A stretch of 61,868 nucleotides of DNA, filler included, from Choristocarpus tenellus KU-1152 (lineage: Eukaryota; Protista; Phaeophyceae), in the NCBI GenBank assembly GCA_964200185.2. It is 9 parts of 9 records of this genome, joined end to end, with 100 filler letters (N's around TTAATTAATTAA, not from the genome) between each part and the next. Parts side by side here need not be neighbours in the genome. Positions count along the whole stretch, not along the records: positions 4,154 to 13,614 come from CAXNAD020003657.1; positions 13,715 to 22,265 come from CAXNAD020004598.1; positions 22,366 to 30,486 come from CAXNAD020005114.1; 6 more parts are not named here. One strand, written 5' to 3'. Under the pieces are notes generated by a model. The model made no database searches and was not told the DNA's origin. It saw nothing but the letters and a program-made list of their open reading frames with translations. Positions 12,171 to 25,004 of the stretch are shown in pieces (positions within the stretch are counted from its first letter, which is position 1; each line of letters opens with the position of its first letter). The position numbers and the translations under genes are program-made.

Positions 12171-15100
12171 GTTGTTGTAAGGAGTGAGCAAGGTGTGTGA
12201 TGTAACAAAAGCAAAATGACTTTTGGAGATTATACATATGGATGAGGTTCAATTTTTGCAGTACAAAGTGTTTGAAAATACTACATTTTAATTTAATCTT
12301 TAAAATATAACATATATATACTGGGTTGGCTACAGTACTAGGTTTTTGAGGGAATAGGGTTAGGGTATCGTTCAAATGACATTTTTGTCCACTTAAAATA
12401 TATACATATATATAATTTTTTGAAAATATTTCATTTGGAGGAGCGTTGACGATGTCCAAGTTGAAGTTGAAGTTGAAGTTTCCTTCTCGGGAAAAAAAAT
12501 AATCGCAAAGCTACTTGCTTAGGCACACACGCACTCAAAAATCTAAGAGAAAAAAAATAATGTGGGCACTGGAATTTAAAAAAAAACAGGTCTGAAAATA
12601 CGGTTGAGGGTTTTTTTGTCACAACGGTATAGTTGGTAGGACTCTGAAAAGAAACAACAAACGTGAGTTTGACGTATTTAGTTCATGTCATTTTGGGGGT
12701 ATGTATACCTCATACTGCCATTAAATTCCCGGTATATTTTGTCAACAGGAATCTCCAAGTTTTTCAAAAAAATCAGAAGGCTGTTGTTCACTTTTTGAGT
12801 TCTTACACAATGAAGTAAGTGCATATCCCTGCTCTGTGCTGCATTTTTCAAAATGCTGTTGTAAAATAAAATAAAATCCACCTCCGTATTATATTTTATT
12901 TTCTCAACGCTTCAAAAAAACAATAAAATAATGTATTTATTTTTTGGGGCTAGAATGGTGAAAATCAGTTCTGTACCAGAATGAAAAAAAAAGAAGTGTA
13001 AATTGACAAAATTATTACGTTAATTTATAATCTTGATCTTACCCTATCACAGTCAACACAAATTAAGCGTTAAAAAGGTTAGGGTTAGGATTAATTGAGG
13101 CTACGATAGAGGAAAACTTCGGAATGCAAGTGATTCTAGGATTATTGCCACTGGAATAAATAATCCTAAGCCCTAAACCAAACCAATCCACAAACTATAT
13201 GTTAGTGGGTAAAACCTTAGCCCAAGTGGACCTTGATGCTGGCTGGAGTAGAGCTAGCCTCTGCTTGGATACTAAATGCTCAGGTCCTTGTATCTCTTTA
13301 CGTGCTAATAAGATTAAATATTTTTCCTTTAAATCACTTTTTTTTCCATTTCTTCGAAATTGGGTTGTAAATTTCTTCTATATATTCTCGACGTATTTTC
13401 AAACGTCATTTCTTCCCCTTCACCACACATTTTTCCTTTAAAAAAAAACAACTCATCTCCTACCTGCGGCAGGTCCAAAACCTTCAAAGTATTACACGTT
13501 CTACTAACAATCAACTGATGGACCAATCAATTTGAAATGCTCTAAGGGGGGGGGGGGGGGGGAGAGGGGTTGGCTACAGGTTGAAAGACCGCCCAAAAAA
13601 ATAACCCTCAAAAANNNNNNNNNNNNNNNNNNNNNNNNNNNNNNNNNNNNNNNNNNNNTTAATTAATTAANNNNNNNNNNNNNNNNNNNNNNNNNNNNNN
13701 NNNNNNNNNNNNNNCCGTCTCTTCATTCTTAAATTGTTTCTTCTACAGAATCTTCTTTTACACAAGAATAAAAAGCATATTCTTAACAGCCTAGGTAGCA
13801 TCTAACGCTGCAGATAGATACATTAATACAAAGTCTTGTGTCATCATACGCTGGAGAATAATGCGAATAACTACTTCAATAATTTGAAGTACTAAATATG
13901 GCGTGTGACATCCATCAGTCATCACCACTCACTCTACTAATATGAAGGCAGACAACCTTTCAAGCTGAGATTTGGAGACTATCATGTCACCATACACACC
14001 ACTACTACTTTGGAGTATCTCTTACAGGTAGGCTGCTCCTCTCTGTTTTCTTGATCTACTCCCACTATTAAATATATTTTTACCCAAGAAACACATGCAC
14101 ACATTTCTCAACATGGCATCCTGTCCTAGGCAGTAACACTTCTTTCGCTAGGTCATCCAGGCACTGCCTGGTACTGTAGAGTGCAAGTTATCGCCTGCCC
14201 AATTCTTTGCCCTTTTGTGACCTGACCCGACAGACTATCGTTTTTTGCAGGCTTCGTTCATGTTAAAAATACGCTGCTCACGATTTGTACCATTGCAAAA
14301 AAATAGAGGTCCATATGCACAACAAGATGAAACGCAGTGGTAAAATCTGAGACATAAAAAGGAAAGGACGTTTCCATAATGGTCAGGGTTCCCCAATCTG
14401 AGCGTGCTGGTCATCCATCAAAACTCTTCCCACTTACCCACCACATAGTCTACATAATATAGGTAGCGCTCCTGCCTTGGCGTCTGGTTTCCTGATGAGT
14501 ACTTTGAAATATCCAGTATATTTGGACGGGTTGATGCCTAATAGTGTATGTTGTGGTATTGTTGATCCACAAGAAGTAGCAATCCCTGAGATACAGGCAG
14601 GCAGCATATCCCACAGCCACCGTGTTGTATCCTCGAAATATCTCCCTTTCCTTTCTAAGATGCCTAATCCCCCCCCAGTGGAAAAGGTTTAGCGTGGTAC
14701 TATATTGAGGCTGGGAAAGATCTTCACCTAGGAATGGCCACTCTACACATACGGACATGGATCATCATGCCTTGTCCCCCTTAAACGCAATACCTTGCAC
14801 CAACTACTACTTTTGACCCTGATTCTCTAGTGAGAGATTTCCACATCCATGTTGCAACCGTGGTTTGTTTTTTGGACAAAGGCCAATGCGCTCTCCGTGT
14901 TCCTAATGCCCTCTACGCGCAATGCTGGCTCGTCTACACACTAATACTACTCCCACAAAGTTCTCGTGACATATGGATCAATGTGGTGGTAAACATTTAG
15001 TGTTTGAGAATGGTCGGTTGCAGTCCGCCCACTAACTGGGGTGCACTACTACTGCAGATAAATGTAAACGTGAAGTAGTTGCCCAGTAATCAGACGTGGA

Positions 15101-18100
15101 TGGGTGTGCTATTTTTGTTGTTGTTATTACTCTGGAATGTATCATTATTGTAATTTTATAGTTGATGAACGGATCCTCAACAAGAATAGTCCAGAACAGG
15201 CCTTGCACTATGTTCCTCATTATTGCCACCACTAACCACCACTACAACTGTTGTCTATCGTGTTCTGCTTTCACTTGTATTATCTTCCTGGGTTGATTTT
15301 CTAGTATCTACTGTTCTTTTTCCTTCTTTTCTCGTAGCTAATATTTTGACGACGATATTGACAGTAGTGCCTTTTCACTGATGGATTCTTCTCCTTTCTT
15401 TTCTACTCCCTATGCTTGGCCCAAAGTAAACGAGAGTTACCCAGGTTTTGGTTGTTTTGGAATGTAAGGCAATTTTTCAATCTTTCCAATTCACACATAT
15501 TTATATGGATGAAGTGAGAAGTTCGAGTTGAGAGGGTTGATTAATCTATTCTATTGGACAAACTTGTCAGCATCCTTAAAATGTAACTCTGAATACCACC
15601 TCCCGTATACTTTGACTCTTTTCCCCTTAAAATTTCGCTGTATTGCTCTCGTTTTTTACCCTTGTTCCTTCCTCAAGAAGTAGTGTGTATTATTGCTAAA
15701 AGTATGTAAACAATAGTGTCAATATATTATGTCATTAAAATATTTTTGTATGAATCTTGAAAAAAATTAATGACATTTGTTTGAAATCTGATAAAAAGAA
15801 AAAAGGTAGAAAAAAGCAATGTATAACGCTCGAGAAAATACATTAAAACCTGCTTCATAAGGACCATCAAAGAAAAATAACAGCAGATTTCAAAAATTGA
15901 GGATGGAGCTTTTCATTGAGGATGGACTTGACCCAAAATTGATTGGGAGAAATTATCGATATGTTTTTTTTTGTATTGTTGTATATATTAAAAATTATGG
16001 GTAAGACCGTTGTAAAATGAGATATATATAGTAAGGAGAAAGACAAAGAACTCACAGTAATATTAAGGTAATGAAAGAGAAACCTACATAAAGGACTAAC
16101 ACTACAAGAGCAAGACGCAATACTTGGGATAGGATGTCAGTACAGCTGTCGCAACACTGTTAAGTCCTATCATAAGGTGAAAATAAGGGGAAGAGAGGGA
16201 TTTTGGTGTTTCATCAGGTCCATCCAATCGGAAGATATTCATCACATGCCACACACTCGAAAGGACAAAAAAGGAGGAACGTAAAATTTATCAACCTCAC
16301 TAAGGAGAGAGATAATGTGAAAGCAGTATTTTGCAGGCAGTGGTAAGTGTGCATGTATGTGACCTGATGATATGCTTGTATTCGCGTCATAAAGCACCGG
16401 CCTAATTGGATGTACTTGCGGAAACAACCCTAGATGTTTTTGGACCTATTGATTGGATCTTGATGGAGATGCCGCAGATTCATCCCTAATGATGGTTTCT
16501 CCAAGGCGAACAGACTTTTCGTTCTGATTATAGTGCTGACCAAACGACGACAGATTTTTCTAACGAGAGGCATAAAAATTCAAATCTTCTCCCTCATCAG
16601 TTTTTCAATGTGTATTCCTTTCTGAACGTTTAATTGGCTGCCTCAATTTATTCCGGAGTCTTTATGATTTCTCTGCGTACCACTTGTTTGATCTCTACCT
16701 CCCCCAAAATACAAAGTTTGCACCAGCAAAACCCCGTTCTCCCAACTCTGAACCATTTAACTTAGCCCGTAACTTCATTCATCAGTCACATAGCAAACGT
16801 CACCATCTTGATCTAACACATTTTTTGCCTCCTCACAATAGTTCTTGTATTTGCATGAAGTGAGTTGAGTCCCAGTCACCCTAGCTCTAGCCAATCATGC
16901 TATGAATCGGTTGATACTTAAATGGAGTAGTGAGTCGGTAACACTGAGTATATGTATGTTTGTTTTCTGTACGTACCTAGCTAGTACTGTCCATGAATAT
17001 TTCATTGGTTATCCCCCTGAAACATCTGCAAAATGTCAGATGGCACAATAATATAATATAATATATACCCTAATTTATTACCCCCTCTCTCCAACATCAG
17101 ATAGAACAGTTTTGGGTCTTCCTATGTAATGTAAATGGACAAGGTGACATCTGAAAGTAAATAAATATTTTTATTTTGAGATGGTGCTGGAAAAACCCAT
17201 CAAAAATGTATCCCAAATCCGATTCTTTCTACCTATCCTATCGTGCTTGGTGCAAACCTGCACATAATGATGCCTTTCCGATAAAGTATTTTCGCACTGT
17301 GTACAAATGCCCGATACTGAACAAGGGAAGTTAATACTATCAATCGTATTGTTATTATACCCAAATAAATAGAACTTAATTTATCACTAACAGATGAAAA
17401 ATATTTTAAGATTAGTTCACAAAATTGTAGCCAAAAACCCGAAAAAAATAAAATGCGAAGTAGCCTCTTAACGCCACTCTAAACGAGTCTTGAAGAACCA
17501 GTCGAAAACCAAATCATTTTGAAAATCAAAATACATATTTTTTTCTTCTCAGTACATGTAGATGAAATATCTTGATCTCCTTTCGGCTCTTGTTTCCTTG
17601 TGTACTCTAGGATACAGTATATCCATACTTCCTCCCCCAGTACTACTCATTGTGGTTTGATGTATAGGTCAAGTAGTATCTAATAGTACGTATCTATGAA
17701 GTTTTCTGCGTACTGTTATTGGAATGAACTTCATTGGTCAGTACCATCCAAGGATTGCTCGTCAGGGGATGTGCTGTTTCACATCGAAGGTACACAAGTG
17801 AGCCTGCACCTGGTTGCTTGCTCATCCATACCACATAATAGGTAACAATTAACTTCTCGAAGGAGAGTGAAATCATCTAGATAATAGCAATAAGAAACAA
17901 ACACATACTGAGGAGTATTCGTTTTGCAAGGCAAAAAAATATCCCCTTCCACAAAAGACGTACAGCTCTCCAACAAGCAATCAATGGTGATGCGTCCACA
18001 CACACACATTTCCCTACGGGACAGATTACAGCATCCTCGACTCCGTGTTCCTCTGGAACTCTTCAGGTCCGTATATGTCACAAGGAAGGGGGTTCCTAGA

Positions 18101-18807
18101 TAAGCAGAGGTTTCCGCCCACCAGGCCCCCTTCCGAGTGTCCTACTCTTTCGATCCAACAACTTCACGCTTCACACACACTCTTTCTTGGGGCTAGACTA
18201 TTGACATGCGTAAGCCCTTTGAAGAAACAAAAAACATCACCACAGACAGGCTCAAGGGACCACTTCTCAGCAAACTTCCTAGGCGGAACAGTGGTTTGAG
18301 ATGTACTGTCCCACCATTTCCCTATCTAAACATGTCACCAAGTCGTCCCTTAGTACCTACCCATAATAAAGCAAGTGTAAGTAACTGGAGGTAAATATAA
18401 TACGATAAAGGGTCAGTGTTGGGATTAGAATGTAGTACAGGATGTGCATTCAAACACAGAACACACGCAGACACAGACTCCCGTGCGCGCGCCGCACAAA
18501 CCTGTATAATCGTTTATCGTCTGTTACAGTACCAATCAACAGACTTTGTTCAGAAAAAAAAGGGACGAGGTGCACCATGAAGTACTCCAAGTAATAATAC
18601 TCCAACTACATCCACCTCTTCCAGCCTGTCTTGTAGAGTGCCACACACACCACCCTCACTTCTGATGGATACACCGACTTCAACCAGATCAAGAAAGGCA
18701 ATTAGTACCGGAAGGCGTTGACTTGTGATGGTACGTGTATGCCCTAACCCTTCCACAGTGCAGCATAAAAAATAGAAGAGCTTTGCTGCATTACCTTGTA
18801 GGAGGTT

Positions 18808-21800
18808 TCACTCTTCCTCTTCAGTCACTTTTACTTCAACTCGATGCCAACTGTTGCTTAGAACACCCCGAATATTCCAAATCGGACCTGGTTGCTCCGG
18901 TTGCACCTGGAGTAGTAGAAGTAAGAGTTGGTAGTTACAAAAGGGTTAATAACCAAGACAAAAGGCGTTTGCCAACTACAGATAACAGCGTATTGTTCAG
19001 TAATCTGTAAACCGCAACATACCATGTGATCATAACATGTGCAAATAGTAAATAGTATAGTTTAGGAATAGCACTCAAGAAATGGTTAACAATATGTAAC
19101 AGGTACTGTCAGCCCCCAGTTTAATACTCGCAACCCATAAATAGAGATGCATATACACGTACATAAATGTTCTTCTATTGTTTTAAAAGAATACTTCAAA
19201 TATCGAAAATATTATGCTTTGTTTACCGCCAAATGAAGCGACCTCTAAACAATACGTAACCGAGTGCTAAGGATGGGGAATGGGTTAGGGTTTAGTACAC
19301 AAGCACCTGTCCCTTCAAATACCGGTAATACAAAAAATAAAATCATGCCATGACATGATAGATGATGCTAGACCCATCAAACCATCAAAAAGATACACTA
19401 CTCAGCTAAAGCAGCCAAATACACAGTTTGGGGGCAGACTCAAGAGTAGAACAAAAAACAGCTCTATTGCCCAGGAATATTAGTAGGGGTATGCTGTAGA
19501 GGCATAGACAGAGCTCTGATACACAGAAGATAAGATACCAGCCCTTCATACATTTCAACAATTTCTTTTCAAGCAAGGTAGGTCAGGGCCAGTATTAGGG
19601 TTTGACCAGTACCCCTTCAACACAAAATACTACCAACAACAAGAAATTATGTCATTTACTTACTGATTCTATGATTTGGGCAATTCGCTGCAGCAAATCC
19701 TACTAGTACATTATTATTACAATCACTAGTGCTTGTGAAGCCCTTCAGTTGGGTTAGAGTTAGGGTTAGAGAGATATTACCCTAACCCCACCTTGTCTGT
19801 ACCTTCCTGTACGGAAGACATAGATGGTGCTAGTTCTTCTCCACGCAATAGCATGAATAGCCACCACCCACTAACCCTAACCCTAACCCAAGGTCCTCGC
19901 CAGGCCATGTAGCACCTCTCCAAACCAGTACAACACTAATGGCAATGTAAAATAATCCAAAATGCTACATCCCTCAATGCTATGGTGTGTTTATGCAGTA
20001 TCCAGATGTAAACTCTTCAAGCTGGCACATGTACTTTCTCACCAAAGCACACTGAAACACACACACACACATCCGAATGAATTTTCAGAACGGAATCCAC
20101 ACTCGCAGTCACTCCCTTAGAACCTCAATAGAAAATAAAAATATACAATTGACAGTGTACAAGCAGGGTACACCGATTAAGGTACGTACATATATATATA
20201 TTTTTGTATCAGCGCACGTGCCATAGTACTTGACCACCGCATCCCCCAACACATTCCCAAACTGTGTTCAAGCACACGGTATGATTTGTTACCATCTTGA
20301 TAAGAGTTTCATATGACTCGATACTTGGATAGCATGTTCATACTCCAGCAAATACTACTACTACTACTACTAATGTATGTACTGATTGGTAGAATGTAGA
20401 GCTATACTCTCGATTTTACCAACAGAGTACCCTCCAAAAAGGTAGTTCTCTTGATACAGAAAACAATTCCATATACTGCAGTAGACCAATAGTTTCTCAC
20501 TTGACATCAACAACCCAGCCAACAACAACCAAAAATTGCATTAAAAAAATACCCCTTCAAATACTGCAATAATTATGATAACTACTGCAACTCACATTGT
20601 ATCCCGAGTCCACCGCCTTGCACACAAGCTTCATGCCCTCCTTCTCACTACCCTTTGGGATAAGTATACTGGCCTCCCACAGGGTCCATGCCCATGTCCT
20701 GTACAGCAGCCAAGGCATTGCCAATATTGAGAGGTACTGCATTACAAGAAGCATTGCTTCAACCAATAAAGAGGCGTTTGTATGACATTGGTCCAATCGG
20801 ATGAGGGCGTTTCTTCTTTTCGACAGCTGCAGTTTCCCATACCCTAACCCTCAGTTTTTTTAAACCAATGGATGTGCTGCTTGAAGGCTGTTGAGGACAT
20901 TTGCTCTATGCTATCCTCTACCTCCCCCATACTTCAGAGTACATTATTATTATTACTATTAATTTTTAGGATCGGAGTTACCCTAGCCCACGGTCTTGAC
21001 ATCATTAATGAAAAAAATGATATATAAAACTGTAAGCTACATTCTGCAGACAATAAATAGGAATGCAAATTGCCATCGGCCTCTAGGCTATATCTAGTAT
21101 CTAGTATACAGTATCTATATGGCTATATGTATGTGTGGGCATCACAATAACCTAGGTGGGATGACTCTGCAATAACACTTGCTGCAAGAACAATACTACT
21201 GTACCTTACACACTACTGTACTCCATCAGAACTAACACAGTGCTGTACTTTGCTTGGTACAGAAACCCCCCCAAACACACCATTATCCTCACCTCTTGTT
21301 GGAGCAGGGTAGCAGATTTAATAACCTTCCAAACCACCACACAGACTATAAGATACACCTTTTCAGTCCATCATTGCTACACTATACTGCATTATACTAT
21401 ACTATACTATAATACACTACAACACACCATACCACACCACAATACACTAAAAAAAAAAAGAAGATGCAATTCGGAGCCCATATTCTGCTTTCAGCAATAA
21501 AAATCCAAAGAACTAAGAATGAAAATAATTTGGTAATCTTGTCATGACACAATAATAATAATAAATAAAATTAAACAAAGTAAGGGGACTGACGATATTG
21601 ATGTCGGAGTGACAACTTAGAGTGGTACTATTAGTATCACATTATATTAGTATCATCACACACATGCCTTGACTGAAACAAAACAAACAATACCACTGTA
21701 GAGGTAAGCGTTCATATTTCCAAAAAAAAATGTATATTTTATTTTATTCTTTCTAGATGCACAAAAATGAGAAAAAAAATAATCTTCCGAGACCCACCCT

Positions 21801-22265
21801 AACAAAGACCGTTACTCCTCAAAACAACATTTTTTTTTGTTCCATTTTTTTCTGTTTTTTAAAAATTATGTTTTTCCCTAACATTTCACAGGTATGGGAC
21901 AATAAAATAATTTTTGCTGACTGGGTGTGACTTTGTGTGATGGTGACATACAGTCCAGTCTCTCACTTGGGAGTTCGTTTGAGCACAATCATAATTTCAT
22001 TTTTTTTTTTGGTGGGAGATTGATGAAAAACCCCCCAAATAAGTGTTGAGTATGAAACAAATAACACAATAAAATAAGAGTAGAGTATGAAATAAATAAG
22101 TGTAGAGTAGAATGGGTAGAGCATAGACAAGAATAGAGCACCTGTTGAGCGGTTGAGATGTTGGCTTCAGCTCTGCCTCCTGCCAAGTGCTCCCTCCGTC
22201 AGCACTCACATCTACTCTCACCACTGCTCTCCCCCCTCCACTAACAGCATAGCCCTTGACCGTTA
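18808..22265 (-). CDS. SUOX: Sulfite oxidase, C-terminal Moco dimerisation domain; exons 22265(contig edge)-22142, 20698-20596, 18906-18808 (stop); 5' partial
   Basis: Spliced [107 protein letters not shown]; GT-AG with consistent phases. The stop directly after the dimerisation domain excludes nitrate reductase. Confidence 0.92.
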
Positions 22266-22375
22266 NNNNNNNNNNNNNNNNNNNNNNNNNNNNNNNNNNN
22301 NNNNNNNNNTTAATTAATTAANNNNNNNNNNNNNNNNNNNNNNNNNNNNNNNNNNNNNNNNNNNNCTTACCCTAC

Positions 22376-25004
22376 CTGCAGGGTAACCGCAGCTCTCTCC
22401 TCCGCCCGCTGCCTTTGACCCTGGACCAATCTGTACCTCGAACGGATAGGGTAAGACGCAGTAGAACAATTTGTTGTTGGAAATACTTTGTACTCCAGAG
22501 TATACACATCACACACGTTGTCAAAGGTGGGATTGATGTACAGCCAAAGTATCTTAGAGGGTAGAGCCGGGTCCATTTGGGGGCTATAATCCAAAGTTGC
22601 GATTTCGATGTAATATTTGCCATATCGTTTTTTGGGAAGTATGAATATCCATGTTCTGGACACACCTTTTCATGACATACACATTTTACCTACTGCACAA
22701 ACATTTTGGAGTAGGAAAATGCCATAAAAATGTCCATGGGAAGCAAGTCCCAAATGGACAAACAGGCAAAACATCGTACCCTCTAAGATACGTTCACACA
22801 CTTACACCCTCAAGGAGAAAATAACAGCCTCCAGAACAATACTAACACCCGTCAAAGCAAAACTCACCTATCCTTGATCCTCTGAGAAGATCGTGCCCTC
22901 CGGAAGAGGGCCTGGAGTTTCATCACGGAGTCAGTGGCCACAGCCAGGAAGTGACGAGCGACTACTCCCCTGACCGCCGCCTGTTCATCCATCAGGAATG
23001 TGGATACGAAGGTGGAGGGTGAAGGAGGTAGGGCAGATAACACGTAAGTGCGGAAATGGGGACCCTGAAGACTGCCCCCAATCTGGTGATGTGGACGATT
23101 CAATGGTGGACAGTGGGCTGGGAGTGGGAAGTACCCGCGTGCAGACAGAGATACAGGGCCACCTGAACTTCTTTCAAGATGACACCCTCCCAGTACTCTG
23201 GAATATGTTGCACTGGAATGTTTTTATGTCCTCGCCACCCGCTCTACTTGATTCTCCAATCACCATTCGTTCTTGTTCCCTTTCTACCAAATCTCCACAT
23301 CTCAGACTTTGTGCCAACCCCTCGCAGGAGAACCAAATCAGTCTCTTCCCCCTAGGTTAACTTCCATTTGCCTGCCTTTTTCAATCTTAACCTAGGTTAA
23401 CTTCCATTTGCCTGCCTTTTTCAATCTTAACCTCTACCCCAGTTCCCTTTCCCTGCTCTCATTCACCTTCTTGCTTTGTTCTTGCGTTGGGAGTTTCCTC
23501 AATGTTTTTATGATACAATAATGTCTGAAATGGTAGGCTTTAGGTTTACTTTGCTGCCCAGCTATTTTTCACACTAGAGAATGTGTACAACACAGTATCC
23601 TGGAAACAATATCCTTCTTTCTCGTTCAGTATCCTTTCTCACACTTTAAGCCTCGCACATTCCCCCTAGGTTAACTTCCATTTGCCTGCCTTTTTCAATC
23701 TTAACCTCTACCCCAGTTCCCTTTGCCTGCCCTCATTCACCTTCTTGCTTTGTTCTTGCGTTGGGAGTTCCCTCAATGTTTTTATTGAACAAAAGTTTCT
23801 GAAAGGGTAGTCTTTAGGTTTACTTTGCTGCCCAGCTATTTTTCACACTAGAGAATGTGTACAACACAGTATCCTGGAAATATTATCCTTCTTTCACGTT
23901 CAGTATCCTTTCTCACACTTTAAGCCTCGCACACTTTATCAAACCTCTATACACAACAGCACACCTACAGCCACTACCACACAGGTTTCCCTTTTCCATG
24001 ATGTCTAGCACTTTCTTCATGGGCACAATTCTGTACAATATATTTACCTGGATCCTTACAGCTGCCCTTATCTGTATTTTCTTAGTCCGTGTCCGTGTCT
24101 TTTCCAGGTTAGATTCGAATCTGGTGAGGAGAAGGGAAGGTATATATTGATGGCTTGTGGTCACACCCATCTAGCGTTTATTTGTGGACTCTGGGAATGA
24201 TTTCGATGTTGTGGAGAACCTTGTATGATTGGAAAGTATATACAACTGCAGATAAGGAGGCATACTCTATGATGGGCATTGGAAGAGAGGTGATTTGGTT
24301 GTTGTCTGCTTGAGAATGTTCAGGTGCCATGTGTATGTGGTTCGTTTGATCCTGATGAGAAGTCGGGAACTCCTTGACTTTCTCCTTGAAATCTTCCTAC
24401 ACCACAATGGAAATTGCTAGCCCACAGCTTATTCTTTGATGGTCAATATTTCCCTGGTACAGAAATACACCTCTTGAACAGACAAGTGTATTGCAATAGA
24501 GGTAATTTCAAAGAGTGCATGCATCCACCCATGTCTTGAAATGACATGAGCAGTGTCTGGCTCAAGGCCAGGCGTGAACTGCACTGCAAGAGTATCAAAA
24601 TCGAAGGAATACATTGACCTCTATAGAGATCTACGGCATATTGTGCGGTTGCAAGTTCATCAACCTAATGACCCACCTTACGAATAGTAAAGATCTGACT
24701 CTTCATCCCTTCCCCTACCTTTACCACTCCATCTGAATATTTCAAAGGCTTCCAATCACAGGAGTTAATACACAGGAGCTTACTGCCCACATGATGGAAT
24801 GTGCTAATTTGTACAAACCTGAGGATGGCACCACCAATCCTCCAGTAGAGCTGGATCGTTGATGCTGCCGCCACCATCCGACCAACCTCCTTTCTTCCTG
24901 CCCGGCCCCGGACAAGGGACTGAACCCTTGTTGCCATGACGTTTTTCGTCATTCCGAGGACTATGGCTTCCAATACGTCTCTTAGGTCAGTGCGGCACTG
25001 TGTC
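22376..25004 (-). CDS. IQ calmodulin-binding motif protein, internal exons 25004-24819, 24120-24048, 22980-22868, 22430-22376; partial
   Basis: Phase-consistent GT-AG splicing; IQ motifs ATRVQSLVRGRAGRK, AASTIQLYWR, AAVRIQ|AAVRGVVAR (completed across an intron), SVMKLQALFRRARSS and AAVTLQ|. Confidence 0.8.
22541..22799 (+). mobile_element. MITE family A (intron of IQ gene)
   Basis: Full-length match with slightly eroded TIRs. Confidence 0.88.
23346..23933. repeat. Tandem duplication of a 274-bp unit (23346-23659, 23660-23933); the first copy has an extra perfect 40-bp tandem duplication (23351-23390 / 23391-23430)
   Basis: Direct alignment by eye; few, clustered mismatches. Confidence 0.9.

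Noticed and set aside
14492-14530. Hammerhead ribozyme core CTGATGA...GAAA
   Set aside because: No credible stem II and no stem I pairing.
18808-22265. Nitrate reductase
   Set aside because: The frame stops right after the dimerisation domain, with no downstream b5/FAD domains.
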